Assembly (NCBI GenBank): GCA_030549815.1
Contig: JAUQQQ010000004.1
Coordinates: 85,827 to 149,826 of the forward strand
Direction: 5' to 3'
DNA: 64,000 bases
From: a bacterium
GTDB taxonomy: Bacteria; DRYD01
Position 1 is the first letter of the stretch. Every line of letters starts with the position of its first letter. Made by a program: the position numbers and the translations under genes. This document shows positions 38,178 through 48,619 of the stretch, in pieces. The notes under the pieces were generated by a model. It was given only the letters and a program-made list of their open reading frames with translations. It was not told the DNA's origin and made no database searches.

Positions 38178-39501
38178 AAATTTATCAGAAAATTATTTAC
38201 CTAACGACATACAAGCAGAAAAAGCACTGCTTTCTTCTATAATCTTTAACCCTTCAATAGTTAGCCAAGTTATAGAAAAGATAGATGTAGATGATTTCTT
38301 TTGGCCCGAAAATAAAGCCATATACAAAGCAATACTAAGCTTATATGAAAAAAATATTCCAATAGATATCGTATCAATAACAAATGAAATAAAACACTTA
38401 AAATTAGAAAGCGAGTTAGAATTTGCAGGAGGATTTGAATATTTAGCATCACTATTGGAATTAGTATCTGTCGTTAAATCACACCATCATTATATAGAAA
38501 TAATAAAATCAAAAAGCATAAGGACTAAAATAATAAAAGCAGCACTGGAAACAATACAAGATACTTATAATGAAGAGTATAACATTAATACCATTCTTGA
38601 CAAAGCTCAACGAAGAATAATGGATATATCATATACAACTAAATCCCAAGATTATCATAGCTTATCCGACATACTTGCAAACGTTTTAGAAAATATTGAA
38701 ACAATAGCAGAAGAAGGAGTGGTTGGAATACCCACAGGATTTGAAGATTTAGATAAAATGACGTCTGGTTTACAAAGAGGAGATTTAATAATAGTGGCAG
38801 CAAGACCAAGTATGGGTAAAACAGCATTCGCAATCAATTTGGCATATAATATAGTCATAAAATCCAAACAACCTGTGATATTTTTCTCAATAGAGATGTC
38901 TAAAGAGCAAATAGCTCAGAGATTTCTTTCTCTTGAATCAAGCGTGCCGTTAGCAAAAATAAGAAACGCAACTTTAACAATACAAGATATGGATAGATTA
39001 GCAGAAGCAATATCCATACTTTCAGAACAACCACTGTTTATAGATGATTCTCCCAATTTAACAACAATAGATATTAGGATAAAAAGTAGGAAATTGAAAG
39101 TTGAAAAAAAACAGTTAGGAGCAATATTTATTGATTACTTGCAATTAATAAAAGGAGAGGATAGGTACGAATCAAGAGTGCAAGAATTATCAGAAATATC
39201 CAGATCTCTAAAAGCATTAGCCAAAGAATTGAATGTGCCTGTGGTAGCACTATCACAATTATCAAGAGAAGTAGAAAAAAGGACAGACAAAAGACCATTA
39301 CTTTCAGATTTAAGAGAAAGTGGAGCAATAGAACAAGAAGCAGATTTAGTAATGTTTTTATACAGAGATGATTACTATAACAAAGATTCAAAAAAAGCTA
39401 ATTTAACAGAAGTGATAATAGCAAAACAGAGAAACGGACCTACAGGGTCCATAATCCTTTACTTTGCTAAAGATATACTTAAGTTCTTCCCAACAACATA
39501 A
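38167..39501 (+). CDS. dnaB: Replicative DNA helicase DnaB
   Basis: PTGF.DLD.MT.G, AARPSMGKT, FSIEM, IDYLQL, LSQLSR, SDLRESG.IEQEAD, KQRNGPTG; no intein. Confidence 0.97.
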   Translation: MMIKNLSENYLPNDIQAEKALLSSIIFNPSIVSQVIEKIDVDDFFWPENKAIYKAILSLYEKNIPIDIVSITNEIKHLKLESELEFAGGFEYLASLLELVSVVKSHHHYIEIIKSKSIRTKIIKAALETIQDTYNEEYNINTILDKAQRRIMDISYTTKSQDYHSLSDILANVLENIETIAEEGVVGIPTGFEDLDKMTSGLQRGDLIIVAARPSMGKTAFAINLAYNIVIKSKQPVIFFSIEMSKEQIAQRFLSLESSVPLAKIRNATLTIQDMDRLAEAISILSEQPLFIDDSPNLTTIDIRIKSRKLKVEKKQLGAIFIDYLQLIKGEDRYESRVQELSEISRSLKALAKELNVPVVALSQLSREVEKRTDKRPLLSDLRESGAIEQEADLVMFLYRDDYYNKDSKKANLTEVIIAKQRNGPTGSIILYFAKDILKFFPTT

Positions 39502-40955
39502 TGGAATACTCAAAAAATACGATTTTAAAAATAGGTTGGATGTTCCTATTAACTGTAGCATCCATTTTTCTAATCGCATTTTTCTTAGGAAAATTAGAAG
39601 ATAAAGACAAGTACTATACACTCTACTTAATTTTCAAAGATGTGTCAGGACTATCTGAAGGATCAAAAGTATATATGGCAGGCGTTAATATAGGTGAAGT
39701 TAAAGAAGTTTCTTTCGAGAAAGACTACAAAGTAAAAGTAAAAATATGGATTGAAAAAAAATACCTAATTCCCAAAAACTCTATTTTCTATATTGCAGGT
39801 AATATAATGTCAGAAAGATATCTATATATAGAACCAATACCATCTTCGCAATACTATAAAGATGGAGATATAGAAAGTAAAAATACTTATCCAATGATAG
39901 ATTGGTACCAAGTATTAAAACAAACATACTTGGCATTCCAAGATCTACAAAACACTGCAATATATTTTAAACAAACATTACAAGCAATGGAACTACCCCA
40001 AAAAGTTAACACAATAACCAATGACTTAAGATTACTTATTTATGATACAAGAAAGGATATAAACTACCTAACATCGGTCCTCGATAGAAATATATCAATA
40101 ATATCAACAAACATTAATCTTTTACTTATCTCATCAAGAATGACAGTAGAAAACATAAATTCTAAAGTAGATGTAATAGGTAATAATTTAGCAAAATCCA
40201 CTTCAACGATAGACAAAATATTAACCGAAAACAAGGAAGACATAAGACAAATAGTTATTGGTATAAAGCAAACATCACAAAACCTATATGATATTACTTA
40301 CGAAATAAGGGATTTTGTTAAAAATACAGATGTAAAAGAAGATCTAAAAGAAACTATAAAAAACCTAAAAAGGATGTCAAAAAGTTTAGCAAATTCAGCA
40401 GAGCAAGTTGAGGATTTAGTTAAAGATAAAAAATTAAAAGAAGACCTAAAAGTATCTATCTCAAAATTAAGAGAAGTAATAGAGGTGACAGACTTCTTGT
40501 TAACCCCTGCAAAGAAATTAAAAGAAGAAACGATGAAACAGGAAGATTTCAGATTTGCAAGCGTAAATGCATATATAGAAAGCATAGAGGATAAACAAGA
40601 TAATCCAGCAGTTAGTTTAGATGTAGATATTTTTCCAAATTCCAAGCAAGGCTATAGAGTTGGAATATTTGACTTGGGAAAAACTTCAAGACTTAATTTA
40701 CAATTGACGTATTGGAATGAAAAGATGGATACACGATACAGGATGGGGCTATTCTATTCTGAATTGGGAGTAGGAATAGATAAAAAATTATCGGATAAAT
40801 TCTATTTTACAGCCGAACTTGTAAAACCTTCTGACATCCAACTTAACACATTCGTTGATTATAGGATCTTCTCAAATGGATATTTGAGAGTTGGATACAG
40901 AGATGTATTAACGAAGGACAGAAAACTAAATATTGGAACATACTTTAAATTCTGA
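39501..40955 (+). CDS. MlaD/MCE-domain protein
   Basis: F.DVSGLSEGSKVYMAGVNIGEV; helical region; C-terminal beta-strand-rich segment ending in F. Confidence 0.85.
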   Translation: MEYSKNTILKIGWMFLLTVASIFLIAFFLGKLEDKDKYYTLYLIFKDVSGLSEGSKVYMAGVNIGEVKEVSFEKDYKVKVKIWIEKKYLIPKNSIFYIAGNIMSERYLYIEPIPSSQYYKDGDIESKNTYPMIDWYQVLKQTYLAFQDLQNTAIYFKQTLQAMELPQKVNTITNDLRLLIYDTRKDINYLTSVLDRNISIISTNINLLLISSRMTVENINSKVDVIGNNLAKSTSTIDKILTENKEDIRQIVIGIKQTSQNLYDITYEIRDFVKNTDVKEDLKETIKNLKRMSKSLANSAEQVEDLVKDKKLKEDLKVSISKLREVIEVTDFLLTPAKKLKEETMKQEDFRFASVNAYIESIEDKQDNPAVSLDVDIFPNSKQGYRVGIFDLGKTSRLNLQLTYWNEKMDTRYRMGLFYSELGVGIDKKLSDKFYFTAELVKPSDIQLNTFVDYRIFSNGYLRVGYRDVLTKDRKLNIGTYFKF

Positions 40956-41929
40956 TGAAAATAGTTTTAATAGGTGGAGGAAGTGGGATTTCATCAGTAC
41001 TTAGAGGTTTAAAATTTTTTGATGAATTCGATATATATTCTATATCGACGCCAACAGACGATGGTGGATCAACTGGGAAAATATTGAAAATATATGACGA
41101 TGTTATACCTTTGGGGGATATGAGGAATTGCATCGCAAGTTTAGCAGAAGACCCTATTTTAGAAGAACTACTTCAATACAGATTCGATAAAGCAGAATTG
41201 AATCAGCATGCACTTGGAAACCTTATCCTACTTGCAATATTTAAACTGTCAAAAAATGACATTAACGAATTTACTGAAAAAATTTATAGGTTGTTTAGGA
41301 TAAAGGGAAAATCATTGATTTCTTGCAAGAAAAGAGGAATATTAGTAGCGAGACTTAGTAATGGGGAAATTGTAAAAGGGGAAACCTATATAAATGAAAT
41401 AATAGATAAAACAAGTTTGGAGATAGAAAGAGTTTGTTTAGAGGAAATAAATGATGACGATGTAAATCCTTTAGCATTAGAAGCGATAAAAGAAGCAGAT
41501 ATAATCGTGTTAGGCCCAGGAAGTATTTATTCCAGCATAGTTGCAAACTTTTTAGTTAAACCAATATTGGAAGAATACCAAAAATCCAAGGCATTAAAAA
41601 TATTTATCTCCAACATCGTTAATCAACCAAATGAATGTATAAAAAATAAACTTTCGGAATATATAGAAATACTTAACAAATATCACATAAACTTCGATTT
41701 TACCTTATTTAATAACTGTCCTATAAATCCCAAAATTCTTGAGAAATACCTACAAAAGGACAAAAGATATAGGTTAATAGAAAAAGACATACAAGATGAA
41801 AGGATAATAGAAAGCGATTTAATTTCTCAAGAGGGTGACTTCATAAGACACGATGGTAAAAAAGTAGCCAAAGTTATACTAAAAATCATAGATGATGCAA
41901 GAAAAATCCCATCAAAATTTATTAATTAA
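40955..41929 (+). CDS. YvcK/CofD-related (UPF0052) protein
   Basis: IGGGSG, DDGGSTG, GDMRNC, HALGNL, LGPGSIYSSI, RHD. Confidence 0.92.
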   Translation: MKIVLIGGGSGISSVLRGLKFFDEFDIYSISTPTDDGGSTGKILKIYDDVIPLGDMRNCIASLAEDPILEELLQYRFDKAELNQHALGNLILLAIFKLSKNDINEFTEKIYRLFRIKGKSLISCKKRGILVARLSNGEIVKGETYINEIIDKTSLEIERVCLEEINDDDVNPLALEAIKEADIIVLGPGSIYSSIVANFLVKPILEEYQKSKALKIFISNIVNQPNECIKNKLSEYIEILNKYHINFDFTLFNNCPINPKILEKYLQKDKRYRLIEKDIQDERIIESDLISQEGDFIRHDGKKVAKVILKIIDDARKIPSKFIN

Positions 41930-42985
41930 TCACAAAACAAATTCTTTAAGTTTATTTTTGTCAAGATTAAATTATAATCGATTCTTTAATTTTTCTTACA
42001 ATTTCTTAGCTTTCATTTCAGTTTTTTATGTTATTTTTGTTCTTATAAACCATGAAATAACACAGGCAATAGTTATACTTGACTTAATGTTTCTTTTTCT
42101 TTTTTCATTTGAATTGATAGTAAGGTATTTTTCAGTAAGGAATTTGAAAAAATTTTGGAAGATATACTATTTGGACATTATAGCATTAATAGGATGGATA
42201 CCACTTTGTAATAACGGTTTTACTAATAATTTTTTCTTCATTGATATTAAGTTTTTTGTTAAAACAAGATTCGATAGAATCTTTGTATTGGAGTTTATAC
42301 GTAATATTTGCAGGAGAAATACCAGAAGGGTTGCAAAATAAGAATACATTTTGGATAGGAATGATGCTAATAGCGTCGAATAGTTTATTATTAGCAGGTA
42401 TAATCGGTTTACATTATGGAAAAATTTAAAAATATAACTGATTTTGATAACCTACCAAATAGTGAAAACTTAGTCATTATATTTAATAATGAAATAATAG
42501 AAACAAAAGTAGCAATAATAAGCCAAATGAATGATGAAGATTACAAATCCTTGATTTTACTTTTAGAAAATCTTAAAAATTTTGAAATAGTTAATCATAA
42601 TACTTATATATATCATAAAGATACAAACACAGCATTTATAGCGATGAATATCCTAAATTACTTGGGTAAAGATTTTGCAAGAAAAAAATTGTTCGTATTA
42701 ACAAATACAGATATAGTTAATATTCCAAATGCTCATGTAGTAAGAAGTTACGAAATAATTTCCAAATTAATAAACATAGAAATATCAATTCCACATATAG
42801 GATTGGTTGAACAATTCCTACTCTCTTTTCATAACAGATTAAAAGAAATACCTGTATATGGTTGCACATTAATAGGATATTTAGACATAGATAACAAATT
42901 CATAAACCTCTTACCAATGTATCAAAAAGTAGATGAAAAAATAATAGAATATTCTCAAATAAAAAGTTTCTTAGTAATGAAATGA
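41892..42985 (+). pseudogene. Ion channel gene (voltage-gated channel superfamily) split by two frameshifts
   Basis: Three consecutive frames encode S1-S3 (FELIVR, YLDIIAL), S5-pore-S6 (ESLYWSLYVIFAGE) and a cytoplasmic domain; breaks near 42205 and 42410. Confidence 0.7.
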
Positions 42986-44817
42986 AAAGCAATTCTAAAT
43001 TTTTTGAATACATTCGTCCCTTAGGTATAGTGTTTGGGGACATTGGAACAAGCCCAATATATACAGTAAGTTTAGTAGGTTTTTTAATTAAACAAAAAGA
43101 TCCAGAATTAATAATGGGCAGTATTTCATTAATATTCTGGATATTAGTGCTAATTGTTTATATTCAGTATGCTTCAATAATTATGAACCTTAGTATAAGA
43201 GGAGAAGGAGGACAATTAATAATAAGAGAATACGTAATGTCTTTAATAAGACGAAACGAAACACTGAGAAATATTGTATCAATATTGGGCTTATTTGGAT
43301 TTTCTGCTGTAGTAAGTGAGGGAATACTAACTCCTGCAATAAGTATTCTTTCATCAGTAGAAGGGATAAAAATGATAGGACTGAACTTTAGCACATTTGA
43401 TGTAATATTTATCTCAATTTTAGTAACGATAATGCTTTTTAGCTTACAAAGGAGAGGTACTGATAAAGTATCCTACCTTTTTACTCCAATAATGATTGTT
43501 TGGTTTATTTCATTGTTTTTGTTAGGCTTATTTTACACCATAAAAGAACCTTCAATTTTAAAAGCAATAAATCCATTGTATATAATAGAGTTAGTTCAAA
43601 AAGATCCAATCGATTTTTTAACTATTTTATCTTTTTGTATGTTAGCAATAACAGGAGTGGAAGGAATGTATGCGGATATGGGGCATTTGGGTAAGAAGCC
43701 CATAGTCCTTTCTTGGCACTTTGTATTCATATGTTTGATAACAAACTACTTTGGCCAAGGCGCTTTCTTCCTACTTCATTCAGATAAATTGACCGAATAC
43801 AATTCCTTTCTTTTTTATATGGTAAAAGAAAGTGTACCTTTCCTTTATATACCAATGATAATACTTACTTTAATGGCAACAATCATTGCATCACAAGCAA
43901 TGATAAGCGCAATGTTTTCCATATTTTATCAAACATCGAATCTGGGGCTACTACCAAGAGTAAAATACATCCATACATCTACAGAACTTAAACATCAAAT
44001 TTATGTGCCTTTCATTAATTGGCTATTAATGGTATTAGTCATTTTAACAATGATATTTTTTAAGAGTTCATCAAACATAGCTAATGCTTACGGCTTATCT
44101 GTTAATATAACAATCGTTATTTCATGTATAATGGGAATTATTGCATTCTTATATAAAAGAAATTACATAATATCGCTTTTACTTTTCTTAGTCCTCTTAC
44201 CAATAGATCTACTATTTTTAATATCTAATTTTCATAAATTTAGTAGTGGTGGATACTTTCCTTTCATTACTGCTCTAATAATCCTTAGTTTAGTTTTAAT
44301 CTATACAAAAGGAAATAGAAATCTTGGGAAAAAGCTAATATACGAAAAATATGATAAGTTTATTCAAAAATATGAACAATTATATAAAAATGAACCTAAG
44401 ATAGAAGGAACTGCCATATTTATGATCAGAGATATAAACATGATCTCTCCCTACATAATTAAAACAATTTTTGACTTCAAAATACTTTACAAAAACAATA
44501 TATTCCTTTCCTTAAGGATAACTGATAACCCTTACGGAATAGAGTATAAATATACTCAAATAGAAAATGATAAAACTCAAAGTTTAGGATACATCGAAAT
44601 AAAAGCAGGATATTTGGAAATAATCAACATAAATGATATTATATCAAAAATGAACATAAACCCAACAGTAGTTTTTTATGGTTATGAAAATATAACGACT
44701 AAGTCATTGATAATGAATGTTTATGCTTTCCTTAAGAAGAATTCGCCAACAATCGTTGATTTCTATAACTTCCCATTATCGAAAACTATTGGGATAACAA
44801 CTAATATTTATTTATGA
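42982..44817 (+). CDS. kup: KUP/HAK/KT potassium uptake transporter
   Basis: GIVFGDIGTSPIY, GEGG, LTPAISILSSVEG, TGVEGMYADMGH, IASQAMIS, ANAYG. Confidence 0.96.
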   Translation: MKSNSKFFEYIRPLGIVFGDIGTSPIYTVSLVGFLIKQKDPELIMGSISLIFWILVLIVYIQYASIIMNLSIRGEGGQLIIREYVMSLIRRNETLRNIVSILGLFGFSAVVSEGILTPAISILSSVEGIKMIGLNFSTFDVIFISILVTIMLFSLQRRGTDKVSYLFTPIMIVWFISLFLLGLFYTIKEPSILKAINPLYIIELVQKDPIDFLTILSFCMLAITGVEGMYADMGHLGKKPIVLSWHFVFICLITNYFGQGAFFLLHSDKLTEYNSFLFYMVKESVPFLYIPMIILTLMATIIASQAMISAMFSIFYQTSNLGLLPRVKYIHTSTELKHQIYVPFINWLLMVLVILTMIFFKSSSNIANAYGLSVNITIVISCIMGIIAFLYKRNYIISLLLFLVLLPIDLLFLISNFHKFSSGGYFPFITALIILSLVLIYTKGNRNLGKKLIYEKYDKFIQKYEQLYKNEPKIEGTAIFMIRDINMISPYIIKTIFDFKILYKNNIFLSLRITDNPYGIEYKYTQIENDKTQSLGYIEIKAGYLEIININDIISKMNINPTVVFYGYENITTKSLIMNVYAFLKKNSPTIVDFYNFPLSKTIGITTNIYL

Positions 44818-44949
44818 AATAAGACATTAAAATTGTTTGTAAAACAGATGAAGAAAGTGCTCCAAATGAGATTAGGAAATTATTAGCTTAGGTTAAAATA
44901 CCATCCAATCTCCTATCATTAGTTTTTACCTGATTTGAATTTCTGCCAT

Positions 44950-45160
44950 TTTACAAACAGGACATTGTCCAATACATATTTTTTAATTCCAAATCTTCTT
45001 TTTTATATCTACATATTTTTATATATATTACAAAGTCTTGATGATAGATAAAACCCATCCGCAAATACTTCCCTTTACTATACTATATTAGCTTTATAGG
45101 TTATATATTGGTTATCGTCAAATTATCATTTTCTTATACTTCTTGAAATGTTTTGTAGTG
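44950..45160 (-). pseudogene. Decayed TnpB (IS200/IS605 OrfB) C-terminal fragment
   Basis: Minus-strand translation: ISRSIRK**FDDNQYITYKANIV**REVFADGFYLSSRLCNI / CRYKKEDLELKNMYWT / CPVC. This follows the TnpB pattern 'RSI...LxYKA...DxFYPSSxLC..CGYK..DL.L..R.WTCP.C'. Confidence 0.75.
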
Positions 45161-45227
45161 TGTTAAATAGGAAAAAGTAGGAGTAGAAGGGAACTTCTTG
45201 CATTAAATTAGTTAAAATAACCTCTTA

Positions 45228-45680
45228 CTACTGTTGTTGAATTGATTCGAGTGCTTTTGTAGCCATAGTTTTTATTGATTCAACAACGCTTAGATTAGCT
45301 TCGTACATTCTCGATGCTTGTATCATTTTTGCCATTTCTTCTACGACATTAACATTAGGTAAGGTAACATAACCGTCTTTATCAGCATTTGGGTTATTAG
45401 GGTCATAAACCTTCCTAAAACCTGTATTATCCTGCTTTACACCTACAACCTGTGCTCCACTGAGTTGGTTTTCAAATTCTTCATCAAAACTAACTGTTAA
45501 TATTCCTTCATCTTCAGGGTCATTTAGAGGTTTTGAAGATATCAAAACGTCTTTTCTTTTGTAAGGTTGTCCATCTATGGTAGTTGTTGTATTGGCGTTA
45601 GCTATATTTTCTGCGATAACATCCATCATTTGTCTACTTACACTCATTCCAGTAGCAGCTATTCTTAAACTATCAAACAT
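45228..45680 (-). CDS. flgC: Flagellar basal-body rod protein FlgC
   Basis: IAATGM...MDVIAENIANANTT...PYKRK, YDPNNPNAD.DGYV.LPNVN..EEM..MI.ASR.YEAN. Confidence 0.95.
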   Translation of the reverse strand: MFDSLRIAATGMSVSRQMMDVIAENIANANTTTTIDGQPYKRKDVLISSKPLNDPEDEGILTVSFDEEFENQLSGAQVVGVKQDNTGFRKVYDPNNPNADKDGYVTLPNVNVVEEMAKMIQASRMYEANLSVVESIKTMATKALESIQQQ

Positions 45681-45700
45681 AGCTACCCCTCCTTAACCTT

Positions 45701-46006
45701 TTATATATTTGTTTGAAATAGGGTTTTAGCTCCTTCTATTAGTTTTTGTGTTATATTTCTAATCATCTTCAAAGTTAATCCTGCTTCTTGCCATGCAAAA
45801 ACAACTTGGTTTATATCTTTTACTTCTCCGGAAGCAACTTTTCTACTTATATCTCCTGCTTCTACTAATTTACTATTAGCAGAACTAACAGCATTTTTAA
45901 GGACTTCTCCAAATGTTGCCATTCCACTTTCGCTAACAGTATCATTTGTGGAAGTAAATGGATTTGCGATTTTGCCTGGTTTAGTTATATCGATTGGATT
46001 AAACAT
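45701..46006 (-). CDS. fliE: Flagellar hook-basal body protein FliE
   Basis: TFGEVLKNAV, SGEVKDINQV, EAGLTL...RN...KLIEG. Confidence 0.85.
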   Translation of the reverse strand: MFNPIDITKPGKIANPFTSTNDTVSESGMATFGEVLKNAVSSANSKLVEAGDISRKVASGEVKDINQVVFAWQEAGLTLKMIRNITQKLIEGAKTLFQTNI

Positions 46007-46023
46007 AAATTAATCACCCTCCT

Positions 46024-46434
46024 TTACATTCTTTCAAATATTTCGGTAAGAGATTTCAAAGGACTCGTTGCACCCCTTAACAGCAATTGATATTGTATTT
46101 GGTTTTCTAAGGATCTATTAACTTGTTCATTAATATCAACTTTTTGCCCCGTAGATGTAGCTTCGGGAGTAAAACTTGCTAATTCAATTTCTCCCCCTAT
46201 GTGTCCTTCTTCATCTGCTTGCATTTTGACATTAAATGGATCAGAAGTTTTATCAAATTTTTCTTTTCTTATTTGAGCAAAGACTTCTTCAAAATTTAGA
46301 TCTTTTGCTACGTAATTAGGGTTGGTAGCATTGGCTATATTGCTTGCTATAACTTGTTGCCTTTGCCAAGCAGCTTCGGTTGCTTTCCTCATGTATTCGT
46401 AATGTTCACCTAAGAAATCTCCCAAGAAACTCAT
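46024..46434 (-). CDS. flgB: Flagellar basal-body rod protein FlgB
   Basis: RQQVIASNIANA.NPNY.AKDL.F, VDINEQ...ENQIQY. Confidence 0.9.
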   Translation of the reverse strand: MSFLGDFLGEHYEYMRKATEAAWQRQQVIASNIANATNPNYVAKDLNFEEVFAQIRKEKFDKTSDPFNVKMQADEEGHIGGEIELASFTPEATSTGQKVDINEQVNRSLENQIQYQLLLRGATSPLKSLTEIFERM

Positions 46435-46507
46435 TCTTTTTCACCTCCGTCTTTTATTACTTTTCTCATTATTTTTTAAAAAATTTTTAAAAAATTGTAA
46501 AAAAAAA

Positions 46508-48436
46508 TTAAACAAATGGCTCTACTTCCAAATATTCAAGATAAGGATCAACGTATTTTATCCTTACTAAAACATTTTGACCCGTCTTAAATTGTCGTGG
46601 TTCTTTGAATACTGCAATATAATTAAAATCAGGCAAATAAATTTTACCATTATTTATAACTATACCTTCAAATTTTTCTCCTTTTTGCATAGATAAATAC
46701 TTTAGCAGAAAATATTTATTCCTGCGTGTTTGCAACAACTGAGCCCTACTTAAATAATTCTCAATTTCTGGTAAAAGCTTAATAAGATCACTTTCCGCTA
46801 AAAATTGCTTATTCTGAAGAAAGCAAATTAGTTGATACTGACAAAGCAAATCCAGAAATCTTCTTATAGGGGAAGTTATGGTAACATATTGTTCAACTCC
46901 AAGACCACTATGAAAGCGAGGAATAAGAGAAAACTCAACTTTATTAAAATACTTTAATTGATTAAACACGTCAACAATACTATTAATCTCAATTATCTTA
47001 TTTGGTTCCCTTTGGAATCTAAAAATACAAGGTACCTTATTATCAGCTAAAAATTTAGCAACAAAAGTATTTACTAATATCATAGCTTCCGATATCAAGT
47101 CCCTTGATTTTGTCATTTCTATTCTCTTTAAAACTAAATTCCCTTTAGGATCGATTTTGACCAATACTTCAGGTAGAAAAATAGAAAAGGCTCCATTTTG
47201 TAAGCGTCTATCCTTATTAGCTCTCAAGATTTCATAAAGATCTTTCCAAAAACCATCACCACTTCCAATTCTTTCGTCAATATCCTCATAAACCATATTT
47301 TCATCCACCTTTATAACAGAAAGAAAAATATCAAATTTTAGTATTTCATAAGTATTTTTGTCTATTTCAAAAAGAAAAGTTACTGCATTTTTAGGATCAT
47401 TTTTAACTAAACTAAACTTTTTAAAAGTAATATCCTCAGGAAGCATTGGCATAATAAAATCAGGTAAATACAATGTTTGCATCCGTTTTAAGGCAGTATT
47501 AAACAAAGAGGAATTATGATCTATAAAGGAAGCAACATCAGAAATATGAATGTATAAAATCACTTTATCATGCATAAATTCTACGCTTATAGCATCATCA
47601 AAATCCTTAGTGTCTTCTGAATCTATGGTAAATGTATAAAGATTAGTTAAATCAACTCTGTTTTCAAATAATATTCCTTTATTAATTAAAATTTCTGCTT
47701 CTTTTTTGTCTTCCAAACTAAAGTTAGGGAACTTTGTTCTGGATATCTCAAAGAATAAATCCTCTTCAACCATTCCATTTTCCACTAAAAATTTAAAAAG
47801 ATAATAAATATTACTTATCCCTTTTTTTTTCAAAACTTCCTCAATAATATTTCTGTCTTTACATTCATCAAAAATAACATATCTTTTTAATTTATCAATC
47901 CAATAAGATTCACTATCTGTTAAATTCTGGATACATCCATTAAAAAATTTTTCCAAAACTTTTTCAAATTCAAGCAATTTAAGTTCTTTTTCCTCTTGTT
48001 TTTGTTTTTTATTTTGTATTTCTCTAACTTGTTTTTCAGATAATCTAAGTATAGTTCCCATTTTTGTAATAGAAAAATAGTTTTTAGTTTCAAATATTTT
48101 TCTAAGGAAAGCTGCAACTTCGTCATCGGTTGATTCTTTACCTAAATATAAGTCAGATATTTCTTTAGCATTGTATTCCTCTTCTTCTAAAATCTCCCAT
48201 ATTTCTTCTAAATTAAAGTTTTCTTTTAATTTTTCTCTTAATTCGTTTTTTTCTAAAAGAATTTGTTGAATATCGTTGGTTGAAACCTTAAGATTATCAA
48301 GATAAACCAGATCGGACGCATTTATCAATTCTTCTTTTAATGTAGGTAAAACAATACGTAACTTTTTATCTTTCTTTTCTTTTACGTAGCAACAAACGAT
48401 TTTATTTTTCCAAAAAATTTCTGCTAAATATCCCAT
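46508..48436 (-). CDS. RNB-domain exoribonuclease (RNase II/R family)
   Basis: FTIDSEDTKDFDDAIS catalytic motif, TSPIRRFLDL. Confidence 0.9.
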   Translation of the reverse strand: MGYLAEIFWKNKIVCCYVKEKKDKKLRIVLPTLKEELINASDLVYLDNLKVSTNDIQQILLEKNELREKLKENFNLEEIWEILEEEEYNAKEISDLYLGKESTDDEVAAFLRKIFETKNYFSITKMGTILRLSEKQVREIQNKKQKQEEKELKLLEFEKVLEKFFNGCIQNLTDSESYWIDKLKRYVIFDECKDRNIIEEVLKKKGISNIYYLFKFLVENGMVEEDLFFEISRTKFPNFSLEDKKEAEILINKGILFENRVDLTNLYTFTIDSEDTKDFDDAISVEFMHDKVILYIHISDVASFIDHNSSLFNTALKRMQTLYLPDFIMPMLPEDITFKKFSLVKNDPKNAVTFLFEIDKNTYEILKFDIFLSVIKVDENMVYEDIDERIGSGDGFWKDLYEILRANKDRRLQNGAFSIFLPEVLVKIDPKGNLVLKRIEMTKSRDLISEAMILVNTFVAKFLADNKVPCIFRFQREPNKIIEINSIVDVFNQLKYFNKVEFSLIPRFHSGLGVEQYVTITSPIRRFLDLLCQYQLICFLQNKQFLAESDLIKLLPEIENYLSRAQLLQTRRNKYFLLKYLSMQKGEKFEGIVINNGKIYLPDFNYIAVFKEPRQFKTGQNVLVRIKYVDPYLEYLEVEPFV

Positions 48437-48619
48437 ATATAAAATTAGGATTTTTATCTGTCAAGAATCTTTACTTATAAACATAAACTTTGACGAACAA
48501 GTAGTTGGTCCTGTTTAATACCTAACAGAATATTCTTATTTTTAACATTTTCTTTACAATTAAACTTATACAACTTCTAATTTTTGTCCTACAAATTTCC
48601 TTAACAGGAGGTGATTAAA

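Noticed and set aside
38167-39501. Intein in DnaB
   Set aside because: The length (444 aa) and continuous motifs leave no room for an insertion.
48436-48464. Perfect TTGACA upstream of the RNB gene as a sigma-70 promoter
   Set aside because: With 17-bp spacing the -10 element would overlap the start codon; no credible -10 was found.
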